Shown piece after piece: positions 9,387-20,728 of a stretch of 64,000 bases of DNA (positions are counted from its first letter, which is position 1; the number at the start of each line of letters is the position of its first letter). The stretch is from Macrostomum lignano (lineage: Eukaryota): assembly GCA_002269645.1 (NCBI GenBank), contig NIVC01000266.1, forward strand, positions 186,001 to 250,000, written 5' to 3'. Made by a program: the position numbers and the translations under genes. The notes beneath the pieces are model-generated. The model made no database searches. It had not been told where the DNA came from and saw nothing but the letters and a program-made list of their open reading frames with translations.

Positions 9387-12300
9387 ATGCACTTTAGACG
9401 AACTTTTACTAACGCTGTTTTTTGCTGCAATCTTTCATAAGTACGTGTTTTTTGGTGTTGCGTCGCTTTGCCAGTTATTATGGATCGTCTCATATTTTGC
9501 TATGAGGGAGCGACAGTGGGCTTGAAATTATATTTGTTCTTCCGGCTTCTAGATGCATGTGGTGCATCAAAGTGTGTTTTGGTCACGGCTAGTATAGTGC
9601 CTAAATTCGTCAACAAAATCGAGATCGTTTCGAGTAACTACAAAAGTGTGTAGGTTGTCTGAAAATATTGATTTTAGCTAGTACAAATAAGTAGTGAATG
9701 TAGATTGAATTGTATTCACAGGTTAAACTGCTCCATCAAGCCAGTAATAATGTACTCGTACTTACAGTTTGACTACAGTTTAAACACTTGGTCTAGGGGC
9801 GTGTGTCTTGGGGTAGTATTTAAATTTTTATTTTGTCCTGTATACGAGTATTTTTTCAGTAAGCCTTAGTCCTTCGGGTGAAATGTTCGAATGCACTTTT
9901 AATACTAGGGGCCAAACAACAATCGTTATTGAAAGATGACTTTAAAATTAACATGCTAATGTTTAAAACAAGTTTGATCACAATATACTAAATCTTTAAT
10001 AATACTTCTATAGGCATTTAATATTCTAGTTACTGTTTCCTGTTAGTGTTCTTTCATGGTTTAGTAATCTCTTGTTGCTATGTTTGTTTCTGGGTGCTAG
10101 TATGCATTCTGTCCACTTATTTTTAAGCTTATTCTTATTATTTTAGGTCCAATATTATATGGATCTCTGTTAGAGCCAATCGGCTTCTTTCTAAAGTTAG
10201 TTTGTTGCTACTTGCTCTGGGTTAACTTTAGTGTTATTATGTTTGCTATAAAATAAATAAATAGTCAAGGCAAGAGTCCAAGCATTTATTTTAATCTCGA
10301 CTCTCGGGCTTTACACTTGCATGCTGAAAGTTACATGTACTTCTAAGAAGCTACCAATTTGCTTAGTAAAATACTAAGTGCTGCAAAAACTTGGCACCCA
10401 AAAACTTTCTTTCTACATCCTTTTTGTTACGCCTTTTGTTCATTATTCGTTCCCTAAATATTTTTTGTTTATTCGAAACGTTGCATTAGCAGTCTTTACG
10501 AATTCAATAAGCATTTTCTGTCGCTGATTTTTCGCAACTTTACGTTTAATTTACGAGTGCCAATTTTCGCTTCTGTGAGCCGCAATGTTGCAGCTGTTAT
10601 TGAGGCCACTAATCTAAATAGCTCCACAGAAATTAGGTAATCTATCGAAACGAATATAAAACTATTGAACGTCATGCGCTTTAAATTCTAGCTGCCGACT
10701 TGTGCCTCTTTCGTGTCTATGGTCACGCCTACCATGTCCGTTCTTGCCGGCTATGGTATGCCCTGCTGACCATACAGGAGTATCTGATATTTTTGCAAGA
10801 TAAATGAAATTTTAAAGCTGAAACTTTTACTCAGTTGCAGTCGCCTCTATGGATAGCATAGTCGGCATTGTGACTAAATATTCTCAGTTAACTCGCTTTC
10901 ACCCCTTATGATCTTACCTCACCCCTCAGTCAAATCACCCCTTAGTTTTAAAGCCCCAGCGGGCTTCACAAAAATTAGACACAGTAAAGACTGTACTATT
11001 GTAACCCCACATAGTACAGTCAAGCAGTAGACTATAAACAACTGTTGTCTATGGTAATCGAGCGATGTTCATTTTTGTCACGGCGTCGCTTAATCAGTCC
11101 TCTTCTGTCTGTTCTATGTATCCGCTGCGCGCTCAGTTGTGAAAAGGAATGTCTCTCTTTGCTAAAAGAATAACTATGGTAAGCAATGCGTACCATCCCG
11201 GCAGGAGCGGAGATGATTCAAAACCCGATCAGGCAAGAAGCTTTAAGGCTTAATGCTGTGCGAATCGATTTTGTTGGCTTCAGTGTAGCTGCATTCTGTG
11301 GTTTTAGTCTGCTGTTGGTTTCAACTAAATACTAATATTTTTAATTACCTGTTTGTAACTCGATCTTTATGGCAAATATACAAGCCTATATTGTTTGTAA
11401 ACAATTGGTGCTTATTATTGCAATCGTATAGCGTCGGGTGAAATTTTTTTAACCTAGCTTTTAATTTCCTTTTCTTAGTCTGACATTTTAGAAACAGTTT
11501 TGTAATGAGGTAGCTTGCTTACCCGGTTTCTGAAGCAGAGACAACGCTTTTCGACTTCTGTAATCCCTGGCTCTTGCCCCTAGTTAGATAGGGTGGCTTT
11601 CCTAAGCTCGAAATTGAGCATCGTCGAAGACAATTCACTGAGCATACTACGAGGGTTGTACAAAAAGCTCTGTATATTGTGGCATAGCTAGCTGGCAAAA
11701 CATAGGTTTCGCCATAGACAATTTCGTATGTAAAGAGCTGATAACTTTGATGGAAGTTTTACGTCTTAAAATCATTTTAGCCTGCGTACACCATTTTACC
11801 CTCGATTTTGAACAAGGGGAACTTCGAAACTGGCAGACTCCTCTTCAATATGACACTCTATGGTCGGGCACTCAAATCTACAATCAATATTGACAGATCA
11901 AGCTTCAATTTTGACAATGCACGTTTTGTCAACTTCTCCTGGAGAATTCGGTAACAAAGTAATCCAATGAAAGCCTCGGGGCTGAAGTGAGCTGTGCAAA
12001 ATCAGCTTATTTTGACTTTGCTTTTGGGATCTACAAGTATTGATAAAATTTATTTTTCTCCAACACAGACTAAAATAGCCTGACTGGTTGGGGCTGCTAA
12101 GTCTGATTCTATTTTGACAGAGTTGCTTCAAAACTGACACTCTATGGTTTGTGTACAAAAAGTCCGCTTCATTTTTGACAACTCCGAATCAATATTGAAC
12201 AGTTTACGTTGTGCACGTAAGATGTGCATACGTTGATCTGACCAACCTCGATGGTAAAAACTGAAGCAGTAGCCAATTAGATTCGAGGCGCAGGCTGCCT

Positions 12301-12599
12301 CAAGACTTGACAAAAAACAAACTGCATAGACAAAAGACTGCCTCGACATTTCCAAGCTAAACGATTCTTAGTCAAAATTGTCAAAATCTTTTTCAAAAAG
12401 TTTCTTAGTAAAAATTGATTGTAAACTGTTCAATATTGATTCGGAGTTGTCAAAAATGAAGCGGACTTTTTGGGTACACAAACCATAGAGTGTCAGTTTT
12501 GAAGCAACTCTGTCAAAATAGAATCAGACTTAGCAGCCCCAACCAGTCAGGCTATTTTAGTTTGTGTGTAAAGGATGGAGAAAAATAAATTTTATCAAT

Positions 12600-12960
12600 T
12601 TTTTTATTAGAGGCAGGGGGGTTGTGTGCACCCTGGCGCACTTTAAGCGACATAAGCACACAACCGGCGAGAGGCATTACTGCCCATTCCGCCGACTCCC
12701 CTGAGCAGGCATACAAGCGCGCGGATACGTACGCAGGCACACACTCACACAGGAGTGTACAGCGGCCCTAACTTTATATTATCGTTAGGCATGTACACTT
12801 CACTGCGCCTGGGGGGGTTGGCTCTCAAGGCCGTTAATTGCACGAGCAGAGCCAAGCCGAGATTCCAATTCAGCCCCAAATTAATGTGACTGCACTTGGA
12901 ATCGAGCCTGGGTCGCTGGCACACCAGAGCAGCTGCGCTACCGCTGGGCTACGGCCCCCC
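12600..12960 (-). mobile_element. tRNA-derived SINE
   Basis: Minus strand begins GGGGGGCCGTAGCCCAGCGG (A box), carries GGCTCGATTCC (B box) and ends in an A-rich tail; perfect 14-bp TSD TAAATTTTATCAAT at 12586-12599 and 12961-12974. Confidence 0.85.
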
Positions 12961-13088
12961 TAAATTTTATCAATACTTGTAGATCCCAAAAGCAAAGTCA
13001 GAATAAGCTGATTTTGCACAGCTCACTTCAGCCCCGTTCAGGCTTTCATTGGATTACTTTGTTACCGAATTCTCCCAGAAGTTGACTA

Positions 13089-14364
13089 CGAAGGGTATTT
13101 CAAGTTCGTAGAAAGTGATAGAAAGCAAGCAGATATCAAAAAGCGGTTTTGCGACACATAATCATCATCTAAATCCGATCTCTCAACGTAATCGCCACCG
13201 ATTTCTATGCACTTTCGCATGCGCTGCAGCCAGCTATCAAAGCAACCCCTAAAATCAGCTTTTTCAATGGAGTTGAGCTGCTCATTCTCAGCAGAAATCA
13301 GCTCATCGCGAGTCTCAAACAACTTTCCACGCAGCGGCTGCTTGATTTTCGGAAATAACCAGAAATCGCACGGCGTCAGATCCGGTGAATAAGGCGGAGG
13401 AGCGCTCAGCAGCTTGATGCCAGAAGCACGAATGTGCTGCACTGTGTTGTTTGCTGTGTGTGCAGGTGCGTTGTCGTGATGCAGGAAGTAGCGCGTAGCT
13501 CAGCTTTGCCACGGCCAGCTGCGATGGAATTGAACACAGCAGGCAAGCAGCTGGTCACATACCAATCAGAGGTCACAGTGCGGCCTTGCTCAACTGGCAC
13601 TGAGGCCACAATGCCTCTGGGCGAGAAGAAAATCGCGAACATGATTTTCCCAGCTGACCTCACCCGCTTCGCCTTTTGGGGAGGTGGGGCTCCTTTGAGT
13701 GACCAAACCATCGACTGTGATTTAGTTGGCGGGTCGTACTGATGGAACCAGGCTTCATCACCTGTTACGATGTTCTGGAAGTTCGCAGATGCTCCATCTT
13801 TGAACTGATCCAGGAAATTTCTGCAGAAATCAATTTCTGCTGCTTCTGCTCAGGCGAGAGGATTCGTGGCACCCATTTGGCAGCTTTCTTGGTGACACCA
13901 AGATCTTCGTGCAAGATCCTCCAAATCGATGTGGCATCAATGCCCAGACTCTCCTCCATCCTCTCGATCGTCAGTCTTGCATCCTCGTTCAACGCCGACT
14001 GCACAGCAGCCATATTCAAGGAGTCTGTTGATGTTCTTGGACGACCTTCTCTTGGCTTGTCAGCCAGATCGAAATGGCGGGCTCTAAAGCGACCAAACCA
14101 CTTGTGCACAGTGCTGAGGGATGGTGCTTCATCTTGCAGTACAGTCCTCATCTCAGCAGCAGCTTCATTTGCGCTAGAGCCTCGACGAAACAGGAACAGC
14201 ATTATGGCTCTTGACTGATCGCAGATTTCTGGTGGCCATTTCAATCAATTTTGCTGAAAATGTAGCTGCAGGCTGTAGATATATGAAATAGTATTTGTGA
14301 AAAGTTTCAAGGCTATAGCTTTATGCAAAGACGGCTTTTCTACGAACTTCTGAAATACCCCTCG
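13089..14364 (-). mobile_element. Full-length (1276 bp) mariner with frameshifted transposase
   Basis: TA TSD at 13087 and 14365 and ~28-bp imperfect TIRs. The transposase is split over three frames: HTH and WVPRIL (13765-14244), IVTGDEAW..KIMFAIFF, and HHDNA..YSPDLTPCDFWLF. Confidence 0.92.
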
Positions 14365-15201
14365 TAAACGTGCATTGTCAAAATTGAACCAGAGTTTGTC
14401 AAAATTGAAGCTTGATCTGTCAATATTTTGAGTGCCCGACCATAGACTGTCAATATCGAAGAGGAGTTTGTCAGTTTCGAAGTTCTCCTTGTTCAAAATC
14501 GAGGGTGTGCTCGCCAACTGAGATCTTCGATATGATGCAGCAAACTCATATCATTGGAGGTTGCTCTAATTGGGGAGGGGGGCCCAATTTTGCTTTAAGA
14601 CAATGCATCTCCTCATTTAAAGCAGATGGTGCTGACAGCCGTCGAGTCATGGGGGTGGGAAGTACTTCCGCATCCGCCATGCCCCCCATGCCAGACCTCA
14701 GCCTATGCGACTTCTTCCTCTTTACCCGCATCAAGGACTCAATGCAGGGCCAGTGTTTCAGATAAGTTGAACTAGGCATATGAAGTGGGAATCGCAACTA
14801 TGACAAACAATGACATGAGTGCTAGAATTGAGGAGAGGCTCGTGTGGCGATGGCAGAAGTGCATGGAGGCTGAGGGTGTATATTTTAAGTGAAATGATGC
14901 CTAAGATAAGTTTAAAGTTTTTTGTCTGCTGGTTATCATTTTAAAGTCGTTATGTAATACACAGAACTTTTTGTACAACCCTCGTATTTACGAGTAGGAA
15001 ACCAATCTTTAAGCTGAGCTTGGCCTTGAATGTTTAGTTATTTTTAAGTTATAGAATGTTTTTGCTTCAAATCAGTAAGTTATTTATGTATGTCGCGGTG
15101 TCGCTTAGCGTTTTGGTGCAACATTTTAGGAGTAATCGTGATTTTGCTACGTTGTAATATATATAAAGTATATATTTGTCATCCTCTCCTACTTTTTTCA
15201 G

Positions 15202-16183
15202 TGATTCTCCGAACTTACGGAAAAGCAGAGTCGAATGCAATAGCCCCTGCCCTGTCACGATGAATTTCGTGGCCAATGCTTTTGAGCAACTTCTGCAACT
15301 GGGCCCGATAGAATTTACTGTCCAAAGTGACATCATTTTTGACCTACCAGTCGTCTCGGTTGACAAAAAAATCATGGATTTTTTGGTGGAAAATAATCAA
15401 CAATTGAGTCTCACTAGGACGGAAAGTAATAATGCCCTCGAGCTGGATGCAAAACATGATTTAATCCATCCGGAATTTGAAATTGACGCAGATAATATCC
15501 TCATAAAACAGCAAAAATGGATAGCTTCATTTACGGGCGTTGTTAGTTCTGCCACTCAGGATTTAAAGAACCTGCACCTATGGGTTCAAAACAGCAGCGA
15601 TTTTGATAAACTGACTTCATTACAAAATCTGCTTGACGCTGATGCTGACAGCTGTAAAGCTTTGGATAAGCCAAAGGCTGGACAGTTCTGCATTGGCCTG
15701 TTCGAAGGCGGCTGGTACCGAGCCGAGGTAAAGGCTGTCAGCTCCGACTCGATTCGCGTGTTGTTCATCGACTATGGCAACGAAGAGGAAGGCTCGCTAG
15801 ACGAGCTGCAGTTGAAGGTTTTGCCGCAGCGTGAAGAGTTGTACCGAGATGCTTTTGCTTTCGAATGCATTTTGAAATCTAGTGACAACCGCTGCTTTAG
15901 TCCTGACGCCTGCGACAAGATCATCGAGCATGGAGAGTTGCAGTTCAGCATTGATCCGTCAACTGATTCTGAGCCGCCCACGGTCAGCATACCAAAAGAC
16001 ATTCTACAGTCTCTTACAGTCACTGAAGTCACGGATTCTGCTGCAGCCAACGCAAACAATACCGCAGTTATTGAGTCAGGGAAGCAACAGATTGAATCAC
16101 AAGCCAATAAGTCAAAGACATGGGCAGTTTCGAAGAGCACCCAAAGCGAAACATTCACAGGAGTTGTAAGCCGCACCTTCTAG
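15202..16183 (+). CDS. Multi-Tudor protein block 2, part a (starts at a splice acceptor, ends at a frameshift-induced TAG)
   Basis: Acceptor ctacttttttcag at 15201; a diverged repeat half followed by one near-identical Tudor unit (GQFCIGLFEGGWYRAEV); no ATG at the ORF start. Confidence 0.7.
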
Positions 16184-18798
16184 ATGATGGTACTAAGCTG
16201 CACTTGTGGATTCAGAACACCCGAGATCTAGATGAGTTGGCTTCCTTGCAGAGCCAACTCGACGTTGAGGCTGCCAGCTCAGAGGCATTGACTGCACCTC
16301 AGATAGGACAGTTCTGCATTGGTCTGTTCGAAGGCGGCTGGTACCGAGCCGAGGTAAAGGCTGTCAGCTCGGACTCGATTCGCGTGTTGTTCATCGACTA
16401 TGGCAACGAAGAGGAAGGCTCGCTAGACGAGCTGCAGTTGAAGGTTTTGCCGCATCGTGAAGGGTTGTACCGAGACGCTCTTGCATTCGAATGTATTCTG
16501 GAATCTTCCAGCAAGTGCCGATTCACTTCGAATGCTGATGCTTTAATCACTGCCTTTGATTGTCTTACGGTAAACATTGTGCAAGATTTTTCTTCTGGAC
16601 TACGCACTATTGGTATCGACTCCGACCTTCTGGCATCTTTGGAATCGAGGATTTGCAGTTTGGAACCCATCAGTGCTGCTTATGATGAGCCTCAGAAGGA
16701 TGCTCCAGTCAGTTCATCTACCAATGACATTCGAGAAGTCAGAGATGCATCGCAGCATGCTATAATGGAGCACGATTCTCGTACAAAAATTTGGCGAGTA
16801 AAGCGACGTCAACTTACTGGCACTTTTACTGGTACTGTGTGTGCGTGTGTCCCAACTGGTGACAATAAGGAGTACCTGCGCCTTTGGGTTCATCGAACCT
16901 GCGATAGTGTAAAGCTAAAGGCTCTGCAAGACTTGTTCAAAATTGAAGCCGATTCAGCGCCAGATTTAAAACAGCCGAGCCTTGGCCAGACTTGTCTTGT
17001 TTTTCACAAGGACCAATGGTGCCGTGCCGAGATTCTTGCCACGTCTTCTGTGACAATTGAATTGTTTCTTCTGGACTATGGTATTGAAGTGAAGGGCTCA
17101 CCTAGTATTTTTAGACTAAAACCTTTGCCCTACAAAGAGGAGCTTTACTGTGAATCATTTGCTTTCGAGTGCATTCTGCCTTGTCCTGGCGTGAATCAGA
17201 TTATAGGACCTGTTGCTCAACACAGTTTGTGCGCTAATAACACTGCAGAAGAATCTACAGAGTTTTGTGCTATAACTAATGATAATGTAGATAAAAATTG
17301 TGCTCACATGAAAGAAGAAGCATATACCACTACCTTAAGCATTTCTGTCCCTCAGTGTAAATGGAGCGTCTCCAAAAAACATTTGTTCGGCTTGGTTTCC
17401 GCTATGGTTGTTTTCGCTATTCAAGTTCAAGACGATCCGAGACGTCTTCGCTTGTGGATTCAGAGCAGCCGAGATCTAGATGAGCTGGCTTCTTTACAGA
17501 GCCAACTAGATATTGAGGCAGCCAGCTCAGAGGCTTTTACTGCACCTCAGATAGGACAGTTCTGCATTGGCCTGTTCGAAGGAAGCTGGTACCGAGCCGA
17601 GGTAAAGGCTGTCAGCTCCGACTCGATTCGCGTGTTGTTCATCGACTATGGCAACGAAGAGGAAGGCTCGCTAGACAAGCTGCAGTTGAAGGTTTTGCCG
17701 CAGCGTGAAGAGTTGTACCGAGATGCTTTTGCTTTCGAATGCATTCTGCAATCTAGCGATAATTGCTGCTTTAGTACTGACGCCTGCGACAAGATCGTCG
17801 AGTATGGAGAGTTGCAGTTCAGCATTGATCCGTCAACTGATTCTGAGCCGCCCACGGTCAGCATACAAAAAGACATTCTGCAGTCTCTTACAGTCACTGA
17901 AGTCACCAATTCTGCTGCATCTTTGGCTTCTATCAATAATAACAAATTGAAACCGGCCGTGCTACCAGCCAGTACGAGTATCTTTTTCGACGGGGAAAAT
18001 AATGAAAATTTTCATAAAAGCTGGTGCAAAGTCCCATTGACGCCAATAAGTTACGAATCAGGTAGCGATCGTCCAGAAAACTCAGAAGTTTTGGCCACCG
18101 TTTGCTGTCTTCAACCCATCACCAACTGCTCCAAACAATCGAACACCTGCAGCAGCGAGGCAGAAAAGCGGCAGCACCAGCAATACAGACCTCGACTGCG
18201 GTACACTCCAGATCAGTTGCGTTCTGTGTTCGCTAGTATGGTACATGATTATGGTTGCACCATTGTGCCTACACCAGTTCCGCTGCCAGGCCGTTACTCT
18301 GTTATTATCCTGCCGTCATCAAACTCCAGCCAACTGATGGTGCACCTGCTGCCGCAGTCTCTCCAGCAGGTGGATCGGTTAGCTAAGCGCATGCACTTCT
18401 GGTACAATAAGCTTGGCTTGCTTATCAAGCCTGTGACCAAGTTGTACCCAGGAAAGTCTGTTGCTTTCTTCACCATGAAATCCCATGGTGGTGGTGAATG
18501 GTACCGCGGTCGCGTACTGTCCATCGATACTCGTAACTCTCAAGAGGTCTCCGCCACCGTTTTGGCAGTGGACTACGGCTTTGTGTCGTCTGGCCTACTG
18601 ACTAGTTTCATTCGCGAGTTGCCACCGGACCTGACAGGACCAGAATGGCCAGCTGCCATCTGCATCTGTAGATTGGCTAGCAAGGACGTGTTGCCGCAAC
18701 AGCCGTCTCTGAAACGCGCCGGCATTGAAGTACTGTCTGATGGCACTTGCTGTCTCTTGCCGCCTTCTAAAAACGCTGACAGGAATGTTGAGAAATAA
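16120..18798 (+). CDS. Multi-Tudor protein block 2, part b (4 Tudor domains), continuing part a across a -4 nt frameshift
   Basis: Two more copies of the 630-bp-family Tudor, one diverged Tudor (WCRAEI..LLDYGI) and a C-terminal Tudor (EWYRGRV..AVDYGF); stop at 18796-18798. Confidence 0.75.
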   Translation: MGSFEEHPKRNIHRSCKPHLLDDGTKLHLWIQNTRDLDELASLQSQLDVEAASSEALTAPQIGQFCIGLFEGGWYRAEVKAVSSDSIRVLFIDYGNEEEGSLDELQLKVLPHREGLYRDALAFECILESSSKCRFTSNADALITAFDCLTVNIVQDFSSGLRTIGIDSDLLASLESRICSLEPISAAYDEPQKDAPVSSSTNDIREVRDASQHAIMEHDSRTKIWRVKRRQLTGTFTGTVCACVPTGDNKEYLRLWVHRTCDSVKLKALQDLFKIEADSAPDLKQPSLGQTCLVFHKDQWCRAEILATSSVTIELFLLDYGIEVKGSPSIFRLKPLPYKEELYCESFAFECILPCPGVNQIIGPVAQHSLCANNTAEESTEFCAITNDNVDKNCAHMKEEAYTTTLSISVPQCKWSVSKKHLFGLVSAMVVFAIQVQDDPRRLRLWIQSSRDLDELASLQSQLDIEAASSEAFTAPQIGQFCIGLFEGSWYRAEVKAVSSDSIRVLFIDYGNEEEGSLDKLQLKVLPQREELYRDAFAFECILQSSDNCCFSTDACDKIVEYGELQFSIDPSTDSEPPTVSIQKDILQSLTVTEVTNSAASLASINNNKLKPAVLPASTSIFFDGENNENFHKSWCKVPLTPISYESGSDRPENSEVLATVCCLQPITNCSKQSNTCSSEAEKRQHQQYRPRLRYTPDQLRSVFASMVHDYGCTIVPTPVPLPGRYSVIILPSSNSSQLMVHLLPQSLQQVDRLAKRMHFWYNKLGLLIKPVTKLYPGKSVAFFTMKSHGGGEWYRGRVLSIDTRNSQEVSATVLAVDYGFVSSGLLTSFIRELPPDLTGPEWPAAICICRLASKDVLPQQPSLKRAGIEVLSDGTCCLLPPSKNADRNVEK

Positions 18799-20728
18799 TA
18801 TCGTTTGCAACCTACTTTGTTCAGCACTTAGCTAATTAATTCAGGTTTTAGATAAGCAAAATAACTACGCTTTTTTTAAGTTGTTCCATGCAGAAAAGTC
18901 AAGGTCCAAAGGCAGAATAAAAAAAACCAACTACAAGAACTGCCTCTGATAAGTATATAAAACTTTTTAGTGTATACTTATTTTCTTTCTAAAACAGCTG
19001 AGTAATCTTAGTAGTTTTTAGTGTTCGATGACATTTACTATAACGTATCACACAGCTTGATCCCTCTGCATGGGTAGTCTATCTTTGTTGCTGCTAAATT
19101 GCTATTTTTCTGTAATTATCTTTTTATCGTTTTTTCGTTTAAAAAATTTTGCTTAATAATTTTCAAACCTATTCAAAAATTGGATTTTTTCAAACTTATA
19201 GAAGGCTAATATAATATTCCCTCGTATTTATAGATAGGTGCTCAACTCTGTCTAACTATTTGCATTTTACTACTTTAAGTAGTTCTGAGAATTTCTGTTG
19301 TGTAACTGAATTTACAGTTCTAGCCCTACTCAGTTTTCTAGTTTAAGAGTACCCCGGTGTTTTCCTTGTTGGACTGCTGCTCTCCGCTTTTTGAGAGTGG
19401 AGCCGTAATAATAAACGTTTCTGAAGTTTGTTTGGTTTGCAACGTTGAGTTTTAGTGTTTTTGTATTCTGTTTGGAAAATTCATTAGAATGTGTGTTGGT
19501 CTTTATTTTTTTGAATTCTAGGACTAACATTATATAATGGGTTGTAAAGAGATTGGTATTTATCTCTTACAGCAAGACAAAAATCCAATATAATCAATAC
19601 TTACGGTTATGCTCTCCTCACCTTTGCTTTGAGCTCATACTTGCTTGACATTGACAAATAGTTTTTAGTGATAATAGAGCCACTATAAACTACCTTTAGG
19701 CGCGTCTTGCACTACATAATCCCCGTCATCATTATCCCAGGCCTTCTATTCTGGCAACTCAAGTCGATGTGCCAGCTAAATTTATAGCAAATCCCTGGAT
19801 CGTATACCCAAAATAAAATCCCATGTGAATCTCTCCACCTTTCTCCACATTCCGTGGCCCGTATATCTTTGAGCTGCCCAGCGCTTAGGCAACTGCCTTG
19901 TATTTTCTCCCATTCTGTTCAGAATTGTCAGCCGGAAGCTGCTTCATGAAATATTCAGCGCACCAGATGAGAGACAGTCTGGGTATTCCTGGCAGAGAAT
20001 TGGCACTTAACTCGCTCTTCCCTCATCTACTCTTAGTGGCCGCTCCCGATTCCCAAAGCCACTCTTAGCGGCCGTGTTGTCTTGTTGACCAACTGAGGCA
20101 TGGATGAAGCAGCTGCTTCACTTTTTTAATAGTTTGCTATTTTCTAAGACTAAGAATTCCCACTGCGTCCTGAGAATACTGAGATGCTTTAAATAGACAG
20201 TAGTCGGAATCAAATGCTACCTGTTTAGTTTATTGTTCGTTTAATCTGGTTTTCAATTGTTTGAGCGGATCTGAAATCTTTTTCCCTATAATTTCATCCA
20301 ATTTGCACCTGCAGAAAAGTAAACTGGCCGGAAATATAAATTATGTCACGGAAAATCTCTGAATAGTTTGCTCTTGCATTGCATTGAATAGTGGAACTAC
20401 TTGTAAATGCCCAGGAGAGTGGTTCATTTGCAGAACGCCTGCTGCGTTCCATTTTAAACGTTGAATGGAATCGATTCAACATGCATCATGCATCTACGCT
20501 ATTCTGAAAAGCTTGAGTATAATCTAACCATTCATTTGATCAAGGAGTGGATGGATAGCTTGACAATCTGCGGAGTCAACTTTTAGATATTTCAATCATA
20601 ATTTACTATTTTTACTCGAATAAACGGTGATATCCAGACAGAAAGTTTTCTACCCCGCAGCTTCTGTTTAGGGCCAAACTAAAGTTGCGGTCTGCAAAAT
20701 AGTGCTATTGTTTACTACTATAATCTTA

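Larger units (their letters stand above)
11798..14506. mobile_element. Foldback-type element with ~410-bp inverted arms and a ~213-bp spacer
   Basis: 11798-12207 is the reverse complement of 12421-14506 once the SINE and inner mariner are removed. The arms contain repeated TTTTGAC motifs. No TSD is visible. Confidence 0.8.
11650..14984 (+). mobile_element. Internally deleted mariner (outer element of the nest)
   Basis: TA|CGAGGGTTGTACAAAAAGCTCTGT (TA at 11648) and ACAGAACTTTTTGTACAACCCTCG|TA (TA at 14985). Only the C-terminal transposase remains (~14580-14890: *DNASPH..WEVLPHPP..PDLSLCDFFLF..RWQKCMEAEGVYF). Confidence 0.85.

Noticed and set aside
12890-12960. tRNA gene
   Set aside because: It has A and B boxes but no complete cloverleaf, and it continues into a SINE body with tail and TSD.
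16166-16183. 18-nt GTAAG..TAG micro-intron that could rescue the Tudor frameshift
   Set aside because: Removing 18 nt does not restore the frame, and it is implausibly short.
19700-20130. Higher-GC island downstream of the Tudor gene that could be a decayed coding or TE fragment
   Set aside because: I found no recognisable motif, TIR or TSD by eye.
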